Shown here in pieces: positions 47,623 to 59,762 of a stretch of DNA of 64,000 nucleotides. The notes below the pieces were generated by a model. The model ran no database searches. It saw only the letters and a list, made by a program, of their open reading frames with translations, and was not told the origin of the DNA. Position 1 is the stretch's first letter. Each line of letters starts with the position of its first letter. The DNA comes from Leucoraja ocellata (lineage: Eukaryota), in NCBI GenBank assembly GCA_036785375.1, contig JAWMAR010000003.1:17360001-17424000 (forward strand), in the 5' to 3' direction. The translations under genes were made by a program, and so were the position numbers.

Positions 47623-48357
47623 AATAAAGACCTAACTTATTCAACCTATCTCTGTAACTTAGTTGTTGAAACCCAGGCAACATTCTAGTAAATCTCCTCT
47701 GTACTCTCTCTATTTTGTTGACATCCTTCCTATAATTTGGCGACCAAAATTGTACCCCATACTCCAGATTTGGTCTCACCAAAATTGTACAAGGCATTGG
47801 TGAGACCAAATCTGGAGTATGGGGTACAATTTTGGTCGCCAAATTATAGGAAGGAAGTCAACAAAATAGAGAGAGTACAGAGGAGATTTACTAGAATGTT
47901 GCCTGGGTTTCAACAACTAAGTTACAGAGATAGGTTGAATAAGTTAGGTCTTTATTCTCTGGAGCGCAGAAGGTTAAGGGGGGACCTGATAGAGGTCTTT
48001 AAAATGATGAGAGGGATAGACAGAGTTGATGTGGACAAGCTTTTCCCTTTGAGAACAGGGAAAATTCAAACAAGGGGACATGACTTCAGAATTAAGGGAC
48101 AGATGTTTAGGGGTAATATGAGGGGGAACTTCTTTACGCAGAGAGTGGTGGCGGTGTGGAATGAGCTCCCAGTGGAAGTGGTGGAGGCAGGTTCATTGGT
48201 ATCATTTAAAAATAAATTGGATAGGCATATGGATGAGAAGGGAATGGAGGGTTATGGTACGAGTGCAGGCAGGTGGGACTAAGGGGAAAAAAAATTTGTT
48301 CGGCATGGACTTGTAGGGCCGAGATGGCCTGTTTCCGTGCTGTAATTGTTATATGGT
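47623..48357 (+). mobile_element. 5'-truncated CR1 with fold-back inverted duplication and 28-bp TSD
   Basis: TSD TAGTAAATACGCCGTGACCTAATTGATG at 47595-47622 and 48358-48385; arms 47622-47782 and 47797-47957; uninterrupted RT C-terminal ORF. Confidence 0.93.
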
Positions 48358-49902
48358 TAGTAAATACGCCGTGACCTAATTGATGCCACGAGTACGTGAA
48401 GACCACACATGAGCATGAGGAAGACCTCCTACGACCTCGTGGCGACCATGCTGTGAGTATGATTCAAGGGCAAACTCGGCAGAAGTCGCAAATTAGGTTG
48501 TGAAATTGAGACAGGTGCTTATGGTATCCTTCCTCAAATCTGAAGTCATATATTCCTTGGCAAACAATGCAATTCCTCGTCCTCCTCATCGCAGTCTCAG
48601 TTTATTGTCATGTGTACCAAGGTACAGTGAAAAGTTTTTGTTTCGTGCTATTCAGCCAGTGGAAAGAAAATACATGATTACAATCGATCCATTCACAGTG
48701 TACAGATACATGATAAGGGAATAACATTTAGTGCAAGTTAAAGCCAGTAGCCTCTGATATAGCATCTATGTCTCACCTGAATATTCTGTACTCCAGGATA
48801 CTCCATTCCCTATCTTGCTCATCTATCAACCATGTCTCAGTGATTCAAAAGTATTGTGGTCCAACACATTTATTAGTGCATTCAGTTAATCTACCTTAGC
48901 AACTAGATTGCTTGCATTAAAATAGCCACAATTTAGCTTTGTGTTCCCCTCATGTTCATTTATCCACCCGCTCTGCCTTCCGGACTTACTAACTTTTTCC
49001 TCTTCCAGGAGACTGTGCCTTCCCATCTCAACACTTTTCAAAACACCCATTTTGCTTTCACAAGTTAATCGCAAACTCAAAAGAATGGCTTCCCACAATT
49101 TTCCATTAATTAAACTGAATGGATTGAAAATGACCAAGAAAACACTCATGCCTGGTGTTCAATTTAGAAAATCATAATACAAAGAATGCACATTTGGAAA
49201 CTTAGTTATGCTGATCAAAAACCAAGTGCTTACATTTTACATACTGACTGCAGCATTTACTTCCATCTCCAGCTTATACTATCACTCATATTATCATTTC
49301 AAATTATTTCATGCAAAATATTACCATATGTGGATTGGTTGACAGTACAAATATGTGTCCTCTATGCCCCATGTGGCGACTCCTGCATGAAGAGTGGCTA
49401 ACTGGACCTACATTAACCGATTGGTGGCTGTACAGGCTTGTAGACTACAAACCAAAGCACTGGGCAAACGTCTAGTTCCCCAGTAGGCCCAGGCACAACC
49501 AGGCCTCCGTAGATGTGACAGAGAAAAAGAGGGGATGATTTATGCCTGACCTATTGCGAATTTTGACTGTCCACAGAGTTACAATGATCACACTATCCAA
49601 AAAGTGAAAAACTATTGTGTCAGGAGCTGTTGAGCAAAAAGACTCTCAGAAGAGCACTTCATTTATGCAAACAAAGTCGCAATATTGAAGCTGTGTGTTT
49701 GAACAGAGACCAGTTGCTGGTTTTTATTATTTTTTATTTCCCCACATGGAATGTACCCCATAGTAAAATGTAATTCACCTGAAATTGGCTTCCCATTTGA
49801 AATATTGAAGTTTGTAATGTAATCCCACTACAACTATTGAAATTGTTGTTGCCTACCAGAAATATAATACAAAATTTATAACCAATAAATTAAACGCTCT
49901 CT

Positions 49903-50215
49903 ATGTGTAAGAAGGAACTGCAAATGCTGATTTGCACCAAAGATAGACACGAAATGCTGGATTAATTCAGCAGGACAGGCAGCATCTCTGGTCAGAAAGA
50001 ATGGGTGATGTTTCGGGTCGAGACCCTTCTTCAGACTGAGTCAGGGGAGAGGGAGACATGGAAATATGGAAGGGTAAGGTGCGAAAACACGAGATCAAAG
50101 GGGACGATGTCCAAGGAAAATATAGGATTGTTCATTGTTAGCTGAGGGGAAAGTGACAAAGTGGCATCCAATCTGTAAAATTTAATCAGGGGACAGTGGA
50201 ACTAGTCAGAGACCT
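49903..50215 (-). mobile_element. Penelope pLTR fragment with hammerhead-like core
   Basis: Minus strand CTGAAGAAGGGTCTCGACCCGAAACATC at 50007-50034. Confidence 0.75.
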
Positions 50216-50221
50216 AATCAG

Positions 50222-50547
50222 TCTTTAGACTTTAGAGATACAGCATGGAAATAGGCCCTTCAGCAAATCGAGTCCGTGCCAAACAAACAAACACCCCTCA
50301 CACTAACGCTACACACTGGGGACAATTTTACAACTTTTACTGGTCAATTAACCTACAAACCTAAACGTCTTTGGAGTGTGAGAGAAACGTCTTTGGAGTG
50401 TGAGTGTCGGAGCATCCGGAGAAAACCCACGCAGTCAAAGGGAGAAGGTACAAACTCCGTACAAACTCAGCACCTGCAGTCAGGATCGAACCCAGGTCTC
50501 TGGCGCTGTAAGGTGGCAAATCTATTGCTGTGCCACCGTGCAGCCCT
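50222..50547 (-). mobile_element. tRNA-derived V-SINE (HE1-like), near full length
   Basis: Minus strand GGGCTGCACGGTGGCACAGC, GGTTCGATCC B box, central domain, (CTAAAGT) tail. Confidence 0.85.
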
Positions 50548-51349
50548 ATTCTCAGAATTCTCATCAGACTGCCAGCAGATTGACCATAGGTATCATGAGT
50601 TTCAGCTCATGGAGAGATGGGCTGAGAGAGAAATACTATTGTCAACTGTTACATTATGGTATTGGTATATTCATTTTCAGCATCTGGATGTTACTGGCAA
50701 GGCCAGCATTTACTTATTAGTCCTTGAGAAGGTGGTGTGAGTCATCTTTTACAACTTCTGCAGTCTGTGAATGTACTTGGATAGAGAAATGGCAGATCGA
50801 GTTTATGCCAAGTGTAAGATGTTGTAACTTAACAGGTCAAATGCAAAAGGAAAATATGCAGTAAATGGCAGACCATGAAAAGTATTATGATTCTGTGTCT
50901 ATGATTATGACGGGCAGTTACTTGATTCTGTGGACAGCTGACCTAATTTAGACACCAATCACCCAAATGTTTGCAAGGATTTGATAAGATTATCTGGACT
51001 GGAACAACTTTGTTCTGTCCAGATTTGGTTCCTGGGTTGGCATCAGGTGGTCCATTCAGTTTTATTCCTTTCATGCTTTAACATGGAGGTCATGGTATAA
51101 CTGAGTGGCTTGTAAGGAAATATATGTTCACATCATCGCTACCTGCTTGGATCACGTATGGGTCAAACCAGGTAAGGAATTAGATATCCTTTCTGAAGAG
51201 CATGAGTGAACCAGAAGTCCAGCTTATTATTCTTACAGTGAGATTTGAATTTGTTTCTCTAGATTGTTAGCACCAATGTCCATTAGTTGTTTTCTATGCA
51301 CCACCACTTACGTCTCATGTTTTGGAATGTGGACAATGAACCTGATCTC

Positions 51350-51690
51350 TTAGCTCTCCATATCTTCAGCTGCTTCATCAATGACTTTCCTTCCATTGTA
51401 ATGTCAGATTGAAGATTATTTACTGACGATTGAATAATGTTTAATTCCACTTACAATTCCTCAGAAAATAAAACAGTCATGCACTTCCATCAAGACTGAG
51501 ACATTCAAGTAAGGGCTGATAAGTTGTAAGCAACAATCGTACCACAAAAGTTCCAAACAATGAACAACAACCGGTCTCACCCCTACCTCTGACATTGAAT
51601 GGAATTACCATTGCAAGGTCTCCATGATTTACATCCTTGTGGTTACCACAGAGCAGAGTTAAAGAGGACCAGAGGCATAAACTGGTTTTG
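51350..51690 (+). mobile_element. Ancient CR1/L2-group LINE RT remnant
   Basis: TTCATCAATGACTTTCC (FINDL) and TTTACTGACGAT (F.DD); part repeated at 52108-52250. Confidence 0.5.
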
Positions 51691-51749
51691 AAATAAAATA
51701 AAATAAAGCAATTCCCTAATAAATAAATAAAACAATTGAATAACATAAT

Positions 51750-51925
51750 GGTGCTATAACAACATTTAAAAAATATTTTGACAGGTATATAGATAGGAAG
51801 GGTTTAGGGGGATATGGGCCAAACACGAGCCCATGGGATTCATGTAGATGGGAATCTTGGTCAGCGTGGGCAAGATTTGTGCTCCAGGCCCTGTTTCCGT
51901 CCTGTATGACTACGTCCTCTATGAC
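51750..51925 (+). mobile_element. CR1 3' end
   Basis: TTTAAAAAATATTTTGACAGG...GGATATGGGCCAAAC...CCTGTTTCCGTCCTGTATGACT. Confidence 0.7.
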
Positions 51926-52824
51926 TCAATTATTGTCAGAATTATGCAAACGGAAATTGAATTAATCTGAAAAACACACAATAACAACAAATTTCAGGTC
52001 ATTTTCTGACAGTCCTGGCCATTTCTTCAGATGATTCACCCTTGATTTCCATGTTAGTCATGCACAACATGTCATCAATTCCCAAGCAAGGTTCCTTTTG
52101 GAGGATCAAGCAACAATCATGCACAAAAGTTCTAAACAATGAACAACAAGGAATCTCACCGCCTGCCCCTAAAATGGAATGACATTACCATTGTCAAGAT
52201 GTACCATCTACATCCTTGTAGTCACCATAGAACAGGTGTAAAAGAGAACCAAGTACAAGTCTACCTTATAGAGAGGTTGAAAGTTCCACAAAGTATTCCT
52301 TCCTACACATCTTGTCTGCTCCACTGCAAAATGTGAATTGATTATATTGTATATCCTGTACATATTTCTATGAAACATATATCTTTCAAATTTAAAATAT
52401 ACCGCTGCTGTAAGTGCAGGTTTGATGCCTGATATACTGCAATGAGTAACCCACCTCAGGACATATCAAGGCCTTGACTCCATCTGCAAGGTACAGATTA
52501 TTAATGTGATGAACATGAATGAATATAGCTCCAACAGCTTTCAACAACTCACTATCCAGTATGACGAGCCCATTTGACAAGTACCCGAAACATTCATTTC
52601 TCCCCTCCCACTCCTGCCCACCACCACCTACATAGTGGCTCCAGTCTGTATCATTTACTATATCCATTGCCGTGAGTCCACAGACCACAAGGCTAGGTCC
52701 AAACAACCTCCCAAACTGATGGCAATATCACCAATACCATAAATTATTGCATTCCAGATACCACCTTGATGTGTCAGCCCTTCATTCCAAAACTCCCTCA
52801 AAAAGTCCCTACAACCTGAACGAC

Positions 52825-53437
52825 CCGGTGGCGCGGGTGACTGCGGTGCTGCGGACTACTCACCATCACTGGGGCTGGCCAGCTTCAGAGCATGGGGAGC
52901 GATGGTGACTCGCTGCTGCGACTTGAATCCTGGGGCTCGGAGGCTCCAGCAACGCAGCCGCAGGTCCGGTGGACTGGGACATCGGGAGCTCGCGGGTCCG
53001 GGTGGAGAGACCGCTTCCTGGAGCTCCCGCAACGCGACTTCTCCAGCCCGTGTCGCGGGGTTGGAACAACCCGGAGCGGGGCCGTACATCGCCCGGCACG
53101 GCTTCATGGCCGTGGGACATTACAGCGCCCGCTGGGGGCTCCAACACTGTGTCTTTTAGACCGGAGCGGGGCCGTAAATAGCCCGGCACGGCCTAAAATG
53201 GCCGTGGGACTTATCATCGCCCGCCTGGGGCTTGGACATCGGGAGAGAAATGGAGAACAGGGGAGAGAAAATACTTTGCCTTCCATCACAGTGGGTTTAC
53301 TGTGATGGATGTTTGTGTGAATTAAATTGTGTGTATGTCTGTAGGAAATTGTCTTTGTTTGTATGGCTGTGGAAACGGAATTTCTTTTGAACCTCACTGA
53401 GGCTCAAATGACAATAAATTGTATTGTATTGTATTGT
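52825..53437 (+). mobile_element. GC-rich non-coding retroelement with Rex-type tail
   Basis: Internal ~90-bp duplication; hairpins at 53282-53309 and 53386-53408; TGACAATAAA(TTGTA)n tail. Confidence 0.7.
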
Positions 53438-54749
53438 AAAGTGAAAGCATGAAATCCTCAACGCCAAGAGGCTGCCTCAGAGAAAGAAGTAACACGTTAT
53501 GTACACACATATCATACACATGCATATGCACATACATACATGCACACATGAACACATACATGCATGTCTGTTGCTGTTTATAAATTATATGCACAAGAGC
53601 AAATACATGTTCAATGCTGCCGAAAATGATCCTTATTTTTGTCATATTTCGAATTTGAAAATAGCGCTGCACAAAATCACTAGCAAAAAGGTTTAGCGTA
53701 ATAAACACTTGGAGTGCATAAGCTCAGAAAATATATCAGAAACGCTTGAGCTTGAGGAGAAGAGAATAAATAAACAAAAAGACCAAAAACCACTTTCAGC
53801 CACTATTTTGAAATATTAAAATCTATGTGATCCTGTGGACTACCACCATTGCTCCTTCTCCTTTTCAGCCAACACACTAAATATTTTCCCATATTATCTT
53901 TTTTTCTTAGGTACTAGGATGATTTTTTTAATTCAACAGTTATCTATCTAATGGTCTTTTAAAAATCATGATTGTCATGATTGTCATGATTTCAGCAGCA
54001 ATAGTGCAACTCACACCTAATTAGCCTTCGCTTAAGAAAAGTCGATCTGATGCCCACCTTCGTCAGGGTTTATTATAAGAAGGAAGAGAATTATTTCCAA
54101 CTCATTAGCACAGTCGTTATCTACTGCTTAAAAGTTATCTAAATATATTCCTGTTCAATAATAATACAGAAGAGGTGGATGTTATTCAGTTGGGTACAGT
54201 AAAACGAAAATAGCATTGACATTATAAAAGTTCAATTATAATTCGCCTGAAGGAAATTCTTAATGAAATTACAAATGTCTTCTGGGTTACCTTGATCTTA
54301 ATACTGCATTTAAACTATCTACAAATCTTATTCTTTTTTTCGCATAAACTGGTTTGGAAATTAAATTAAATATCACCAATTTTGGCAGAAATATGCAATT
54401 GAATAATGAATAAATCTGAATTAAAAGCAAAGACGGTGAATTTCAGGTCATTTTCTGACAGTCCACGAATGTGACTGATCATTTCTTAAGGTGATTCACC
54501 GTTGATTTTCATGTCAGTATTGCATGAAATGCAATGATTTCCCAGACAAGGTGCCTTTTGAAGAATTGCAGTAAAATTATATTAGCCTTGGTTTGAACTT
54601 AGTTGAACACTCCTGCATACTCAACTTTTAATATTGCAGTGGTGGCCTTGCAAAGCTAAGTCTCCATTTTACCTCCTTCTGCATGGCCCCTCCAAGCACT
54701 CTGGTCCCTCCTAAACTTCTTCACGACATTCTGTGAACAGCCATCCAAC

Positions 54750-55531
54750 TGTAAATAGCTTATTCTAAGCTTCCCCCAGTCTAGTTTCAGTCAATAAAAT
54801 ACTGAGTCAAGCACGTGCGCATCTAAACTTTATTTTGGAAAAACACAATAACAGTTCCCCACTACTATACCTAACCACCGTGGGTTTGATCCTTATATCT
54901 GTTTGTCCAAGCCCTCCTAGTCTAGTGCAAGCAGAGACACTCCAAAAGGTCATGCAGTCCCAAGCGTTCTCCCATAAGATCGACACAGGAGCTCATGGGA
55001 GCTACCTTTTATATATCCCCGAAACTTGAGGAGCCGAACCAAAAGGGGGTGGTCTCTTTATAAACCAATTAAACATATTAAGAATAACAGTATATGATAG
55101 ACATTTCCCTAACCCAATAATACAGTATCTAATACAATGTATTTGAAAGATAATTCTAGAAGGAACAAGAATAAACAGTGAAACATGTGCCCTGAGAATC
55201 AAACGGTTTCCCCAAAGCTCAGCAGTTCAAACAATCATCAACCAACAGGATGACCATCTCGAAACATTATTTATACAATTTACAATGCCCTTGTAGCGAT
55301 CCAATTGAAATGATGCATTTAGGTTTTTTTTTGCAAAACTGCTATCCTTGTTATCAATTTAGGAGAAACAAGCAGAACACCTGGACCCCTCACCATCCTG
55401 CATACCAGTCTGAGCCTAGACTGGCTGGCGTCATCCAAAGCCTGTAAATTTCAGCTGACATGGGTTAAGAAATTCTGACAAGTGGAGGGATCCTCCATTT
55501 TGTGGGGTCTTTAATTTGGCCAGTATTAACA
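54750..55531 (-). repeat. ERV 3' LTR (782 bp) with TATA box and polyA signal
   Basis: Minus strand TATATAAAAG near 55007-55016, AATAAA near 54829-54834; U3 repeated at 58488-58948. Confidence 0.88.
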
Positions 55532-55859
55532 TTCCCCCATTTTATCATTCAAGATAACCCTCATCATAAATGATAACCACAGATTACAATGATGACTGCT
55601 ATACTTTAACAAATGTTCTAAGAAGATATTAATGTAGCTTCTCAGAATTTCATCGAGCTTCCCAACTTTCCGTGGGCGTAGCTCCATGATTTCTGTCTGA
55701 TGAGTCTTCACCTCCCGAGTTTTCGTGGGCGCGAATCCCATCCATCAATCTTGATAGTCCATTGGTCCTTGACTCGTAATAGAGTGGAGAATTCTAAGAA
55801 AACCTGGGAGGAAACAAGTTAATTACACATACTTTCACTAATACTTTTACAATGATGAA

Positions 55860-58487
55860 GATGCACCCAAGCATTTCTTCCATCTATTTTTACTGCTGTC
55901 AGAGTCATTTAAAGAACTTGGTAAGGGCCTTCCCAGTGAACTTCTGATCCTTTCCTCACCCAATTCTTTACTAAGACATAGTCTCGATGTTTTTCTTTAA
56001 TAGGAGTTGCTAATGAAGGCATATCACCATTGGCTGCTCTCACTCTGCAATGTAAATCTCTTAAGGCTCTGGTCAAGGCTAAGATGTAATCAATCATCTC
56101 AGCATTCATATGGTGGAAATTAACTATTTTCATCGCATTCTGGTTCAAAGGGGATTTTAAAGGCCTACCGTAAATAATTTAATCTGGGCTTAATTTGGAT
56201 TTCCCTGCAGGCGTGACTCTCATCTGAAATAGGGCTATTGTAAGTAATTTAATCCATCCAAGTCCAGTCTCCCCCTTTAATTTTGCTAATTTAGTTTTAA
56301 GGGTCTGGTTTGCCCTTTCAACAAGCCCAGCAGCCTGTGGTTGATAAGCGCAGTGTAATTGCTGCTGGATCCCCAGCTGTTCACAAAATTCTTTATTGAT
56401 TTGTCCAATAAAGTGTGGACTGTTGTCTGAGCTAAGTCGAATATGAATACTGAATCTGGGGACAATTTCTCTCATTAGCAGCTTAATAACAGTAGTTGCT
56501 TTATTGTCAAGGGTTGAGTATGCTTCGATCCACTGACTGAATACATCGACTATGACAAGAACGTATTTACGTATATCCTTGGCATCTTTCTAGTTCAATA
56601 TAGTCCATTTGCAATGTCTCAAAAGGACCCATAGGCTATGGTGTTTTCCCTCCTTCACATCCTATTCCTTTCCCTGGATTGTATTTCTGGCAGACCAGGC
56701 AATTACTGCTTACCTTCTGAGCAAGAGATTGTAATTTTGGATGCCACCAACTGTCAATAGAGTGTCCCCTACTGCCCTGCACCACAATGGGTTGCATAGT
56801 GTATACACTTGATAACCCATATGGCGAATGAGTCTGTCATGCAAGTTTGCCCTGCTGGAGTGGTCCACAGCCCAGTCATACAATCCAGTATACATCCCAG
56901 TTGTCTCCATCTTTCCTTATCTCCTTCAGTAGCCTCTTCCTGTAATCGAATGATTTATTGGATGGTTGGCTCAGTTTCTCCAAGGGGGACTTATTAGTTA
57001 CACATTTAGTCTGCCACATAATTTTAGGTACTACCACCTTACGTTCCCATGATACTTTCTTAGCTACTAAGTCAGCATTACGATTTCCAATGTCTACTAG
57101 GATCTGTCCTTTAGTATGGGCACTACATTTCATTACTGAGATTAGTCTGGATAGCATTAAGGCCTTCAATAAATCTGTCACCAATTCTTTGTTTGATATT
57201 TGGGTTCCTGCAGAAGTTATGAATCCCCTATTGTTCCATAATTGTCCAAAATCATGCACCACCCCGAATGCATATCGAGAATCAGTGTAAATATTTATTT
57301 TTAGATTTCCCCCAATAATACAAGCCCGAATTAAAGCGAATAATTCAGCTTGCTGTGCTGAATAGGGTTACTCAAAGGCAGCTACTTCTACAATCTCCGT
57401 CTTTTGATCAACAACTGCATATCCAGCCAATCTCTCACCCCACGGTCCAATGGATGTACTACCATCCACATATAATGTTATGTCAGAGTGTTCCATGGGT
57501 GCATCCCTCAATTCATCTCTCACTGATGTTTCTTCCTCTATATCAAATAGACAGTCATGTCCTGCTTCTGATTGCTCTTCTGGGTGTTAAATTAGAAAAG
57601 AGGCTGGGTTAATCAAAGTACAATTTTTTAACTGCAATTTCATATTGTTCAACATATAGACCTCATTCTTATTTTGGCGGGCCATTGTTAAGTGCTGAGT
57701 TTAATGCTGCCCTAACAATGCCGATACCAAATGTGAACTGTACACTACAGGGGTGTTACAGGTTGATTGGTACTTCAACAATATTCCTTGTTCTAGCAAA
57801 CCCCAAATTAATTTTTCAAAGCTGCTGATGGCCTGTAGTTTTAATGGATATTATTGGATTGAAGAAAGTGTTACCCCTTTCAGGAGAGCTACACAGATGG
57901 GATTGATGTTCACGCATCCTACCTGAGCAGTGTCCTCCGAGGGTCACTGGGTCATGAGGGTCCACACACTTGTTTTCCTCACTCCCCAGATGATGATGTA
58001 AGTGGGGAACAACTTTCCTTGGGGCCTGATAAAATTCAACAAAATAGTGATCAGACAAATTTTGCTTTTGTTAATTATTCGGGTTTGCCAAGGTAATCGC
58101 CTTTTTTTTTAAACCATCATGCCTAGGTCTTTAGCTTTGGCCGGGAAATTCACTTTTCGGGTGATGTGAGGAGCAACTTCTTCAGGTCTTTTCCATAACT
58201 GTGTTGGTATTTTAGCATGCCCGGCAGCTCCCTCTTTTCCTTCCACTTCTATCTTTTACTTCTATCTCCCAATCCTACGTATGATTTAAAGAAGGTTTCC
58301 AGCTCTCTGTCCTTCCCACTCCTATCATAAGCCAGTGTAATGTGAAGTGGGGGTTCTTCGTCCAAATCCAAGGACCACCATTGAGCGGTCACTATGGAGT
58401 AACATTATCATACGGGAGCCTAGGGGGTTACTCTTGTGCCTCTATCGCCACATTCTATTTTCAGTTGGAAAGCACAGAGTAGATCTC
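55860..58487 (-). pseudogene. ERV pol remnant: PR end, 2H-like domain, RT N-terminus, tether, RNase H, integrase
   Basis: LHITLAY and PHIT...AKDLGMMV; QYPL...CNTPV fused to VYSSHLVSALL; YVDGS, AQQAEL, GNRNAD; WEGPYQVL. Confidence 0.85.
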
Positions 58488-58948
58488 ACATATTAATAGC
58501 AGTATATGATAGATATTTCACTAACCCAATAGTACAGTGACAGATAACATGTATTTGAAAGAAAGTTCTAGAAGGAAGCAAACAAGAATAAACATTAAAA
58601 CATGTGCCCTGAGATTCAAACGGTTTCTCCAAGCTCAACAGTTCGACCAATCATCAACCAACAGGATGACCGTCTTGTAACATTATTTATACAATTTATA
58701 CAATTTACAATGCCTTTGCAGCGATCCAATCAAAATTTAGGGTTTGTTTGCAAAACTGTTATACATTTTATCAATTTAGGAGAATCAAAGAGAATACCTG
58801 GACCCCTCACCATCCTGCACACCAGTCTGATCCTAGACTGGCCGGCACCATCCAAAGCCTGTAAATTTCAGCTGACAAGGATTAAGCAATTCTGTCAAAT
58901 GCAGGGATCATCCATTCTATGGTGTCTTTAATTTGGCCAGTATTAACA
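58488..58948 (-). repeat. ERV 5' LTR, U3 portion only
   Basis: Colinear with 55073-55531, then fused directly to protease C-terminus (DLLCAFQLKIEC). Confidence 0.85.
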
Positions 58949-59748
58949 CAACCAATGATCAGATGTCCAAGACCCACTAAGCCAGACTTTCTAAGCCCAC
59001 AAAACCACTGCTATCATCCATCAGTCATTCTCCTGCCTCTCCACTGCATGCATCTGATTAATCCAGAGTTCCCATAGACATAATGCCACCTTACTGCTTT
59101 TTTGCTCCTGACCTCGGGCTCAGATTGTCATTGTAGAATCCCTTCCCAGTCCAAATCATTTCTTGAAGATGCATTCCCCCTCCATTCCAACTCTGACCTT
59201 CGTCAAGCACTGGATACAGGCCATAGTTCTTGTTGCCCGATCATCTCTCTATTCCCACATCCCGAACCCGCCCTCGGGACTGGGAAGCCAATTTTCCATT
59301 ACAGAAAAATGCGATGCTCTCGTTTATGCCAGAATAAGGTCTCAGGTGCAGTTGTAATTTGCAGCTCGGGACTGTGACTGTAATGGTCATTACCATCCCA
59401 TTACAATGCCATCTAGCACACCTATCATTGCACTATTTTGCATTTGCATATTTTGCAAATATTCAAGTCCAATATTTCTTATTTACCATATCCTTATTTT
59501 TTCCAGAGAGAGTCTCAATTTCTTTTAAGCCTTCTGCTGCATCAGAATAGATGTTAAAACAGTATTAAATATTTGCATATGTCAACACAGTTTGTAAATT
59601 GTATCACCACAAATGTAATAAAATTTGCATATTTTAAAAGCCTCCTTTATTTGAGTCTCTGACCTCATAAATTATCAATATACAGCAGATACTAATTATA
59701 AATTCATGCACGACCGCTTGATGACTGTTGTGTGAAAAAGTCACCGTT

Positions 59749-59762
59749 GTATCCATGGCAAC
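59749..59762. promoter_or_regulatory. RFX X-box motif in repeat-free island
   Basis: GTATCCATGGCAAC fits the GTHNYY-AT-RGNAAC consensus. Confidence 0.4.

Larger units (their letters stand above)
45570..48519 (+). mobile_element. PIF/Harbinger DNA transposon, internally deleted, hosting two retro-insertions
   Basis: About 40-bp imperfect TIRs AGCCCCTGTCC...CTTCTGC / GCAGAAG...GACAGGTGCT; TAA/TAT flanks; transposase motif WNFKHTCGAVDGKH. Confidence 0.85.
54750..58948 (-). mobile_element. Class I (epsilon/gamma-like) endogenous retrovirus, heavily deleted
   Basis: LTRs TGTTAATA...TATTTACA, PPT AAAATGGGGGAA, 4-bp TSD CAAC (54746-49 and 58949-52); RNase H YTDSRYAFGVVHDFG; integrase SDNSPHF and HCAYQPQAAGLVERAN. 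Confidence 0.93.
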
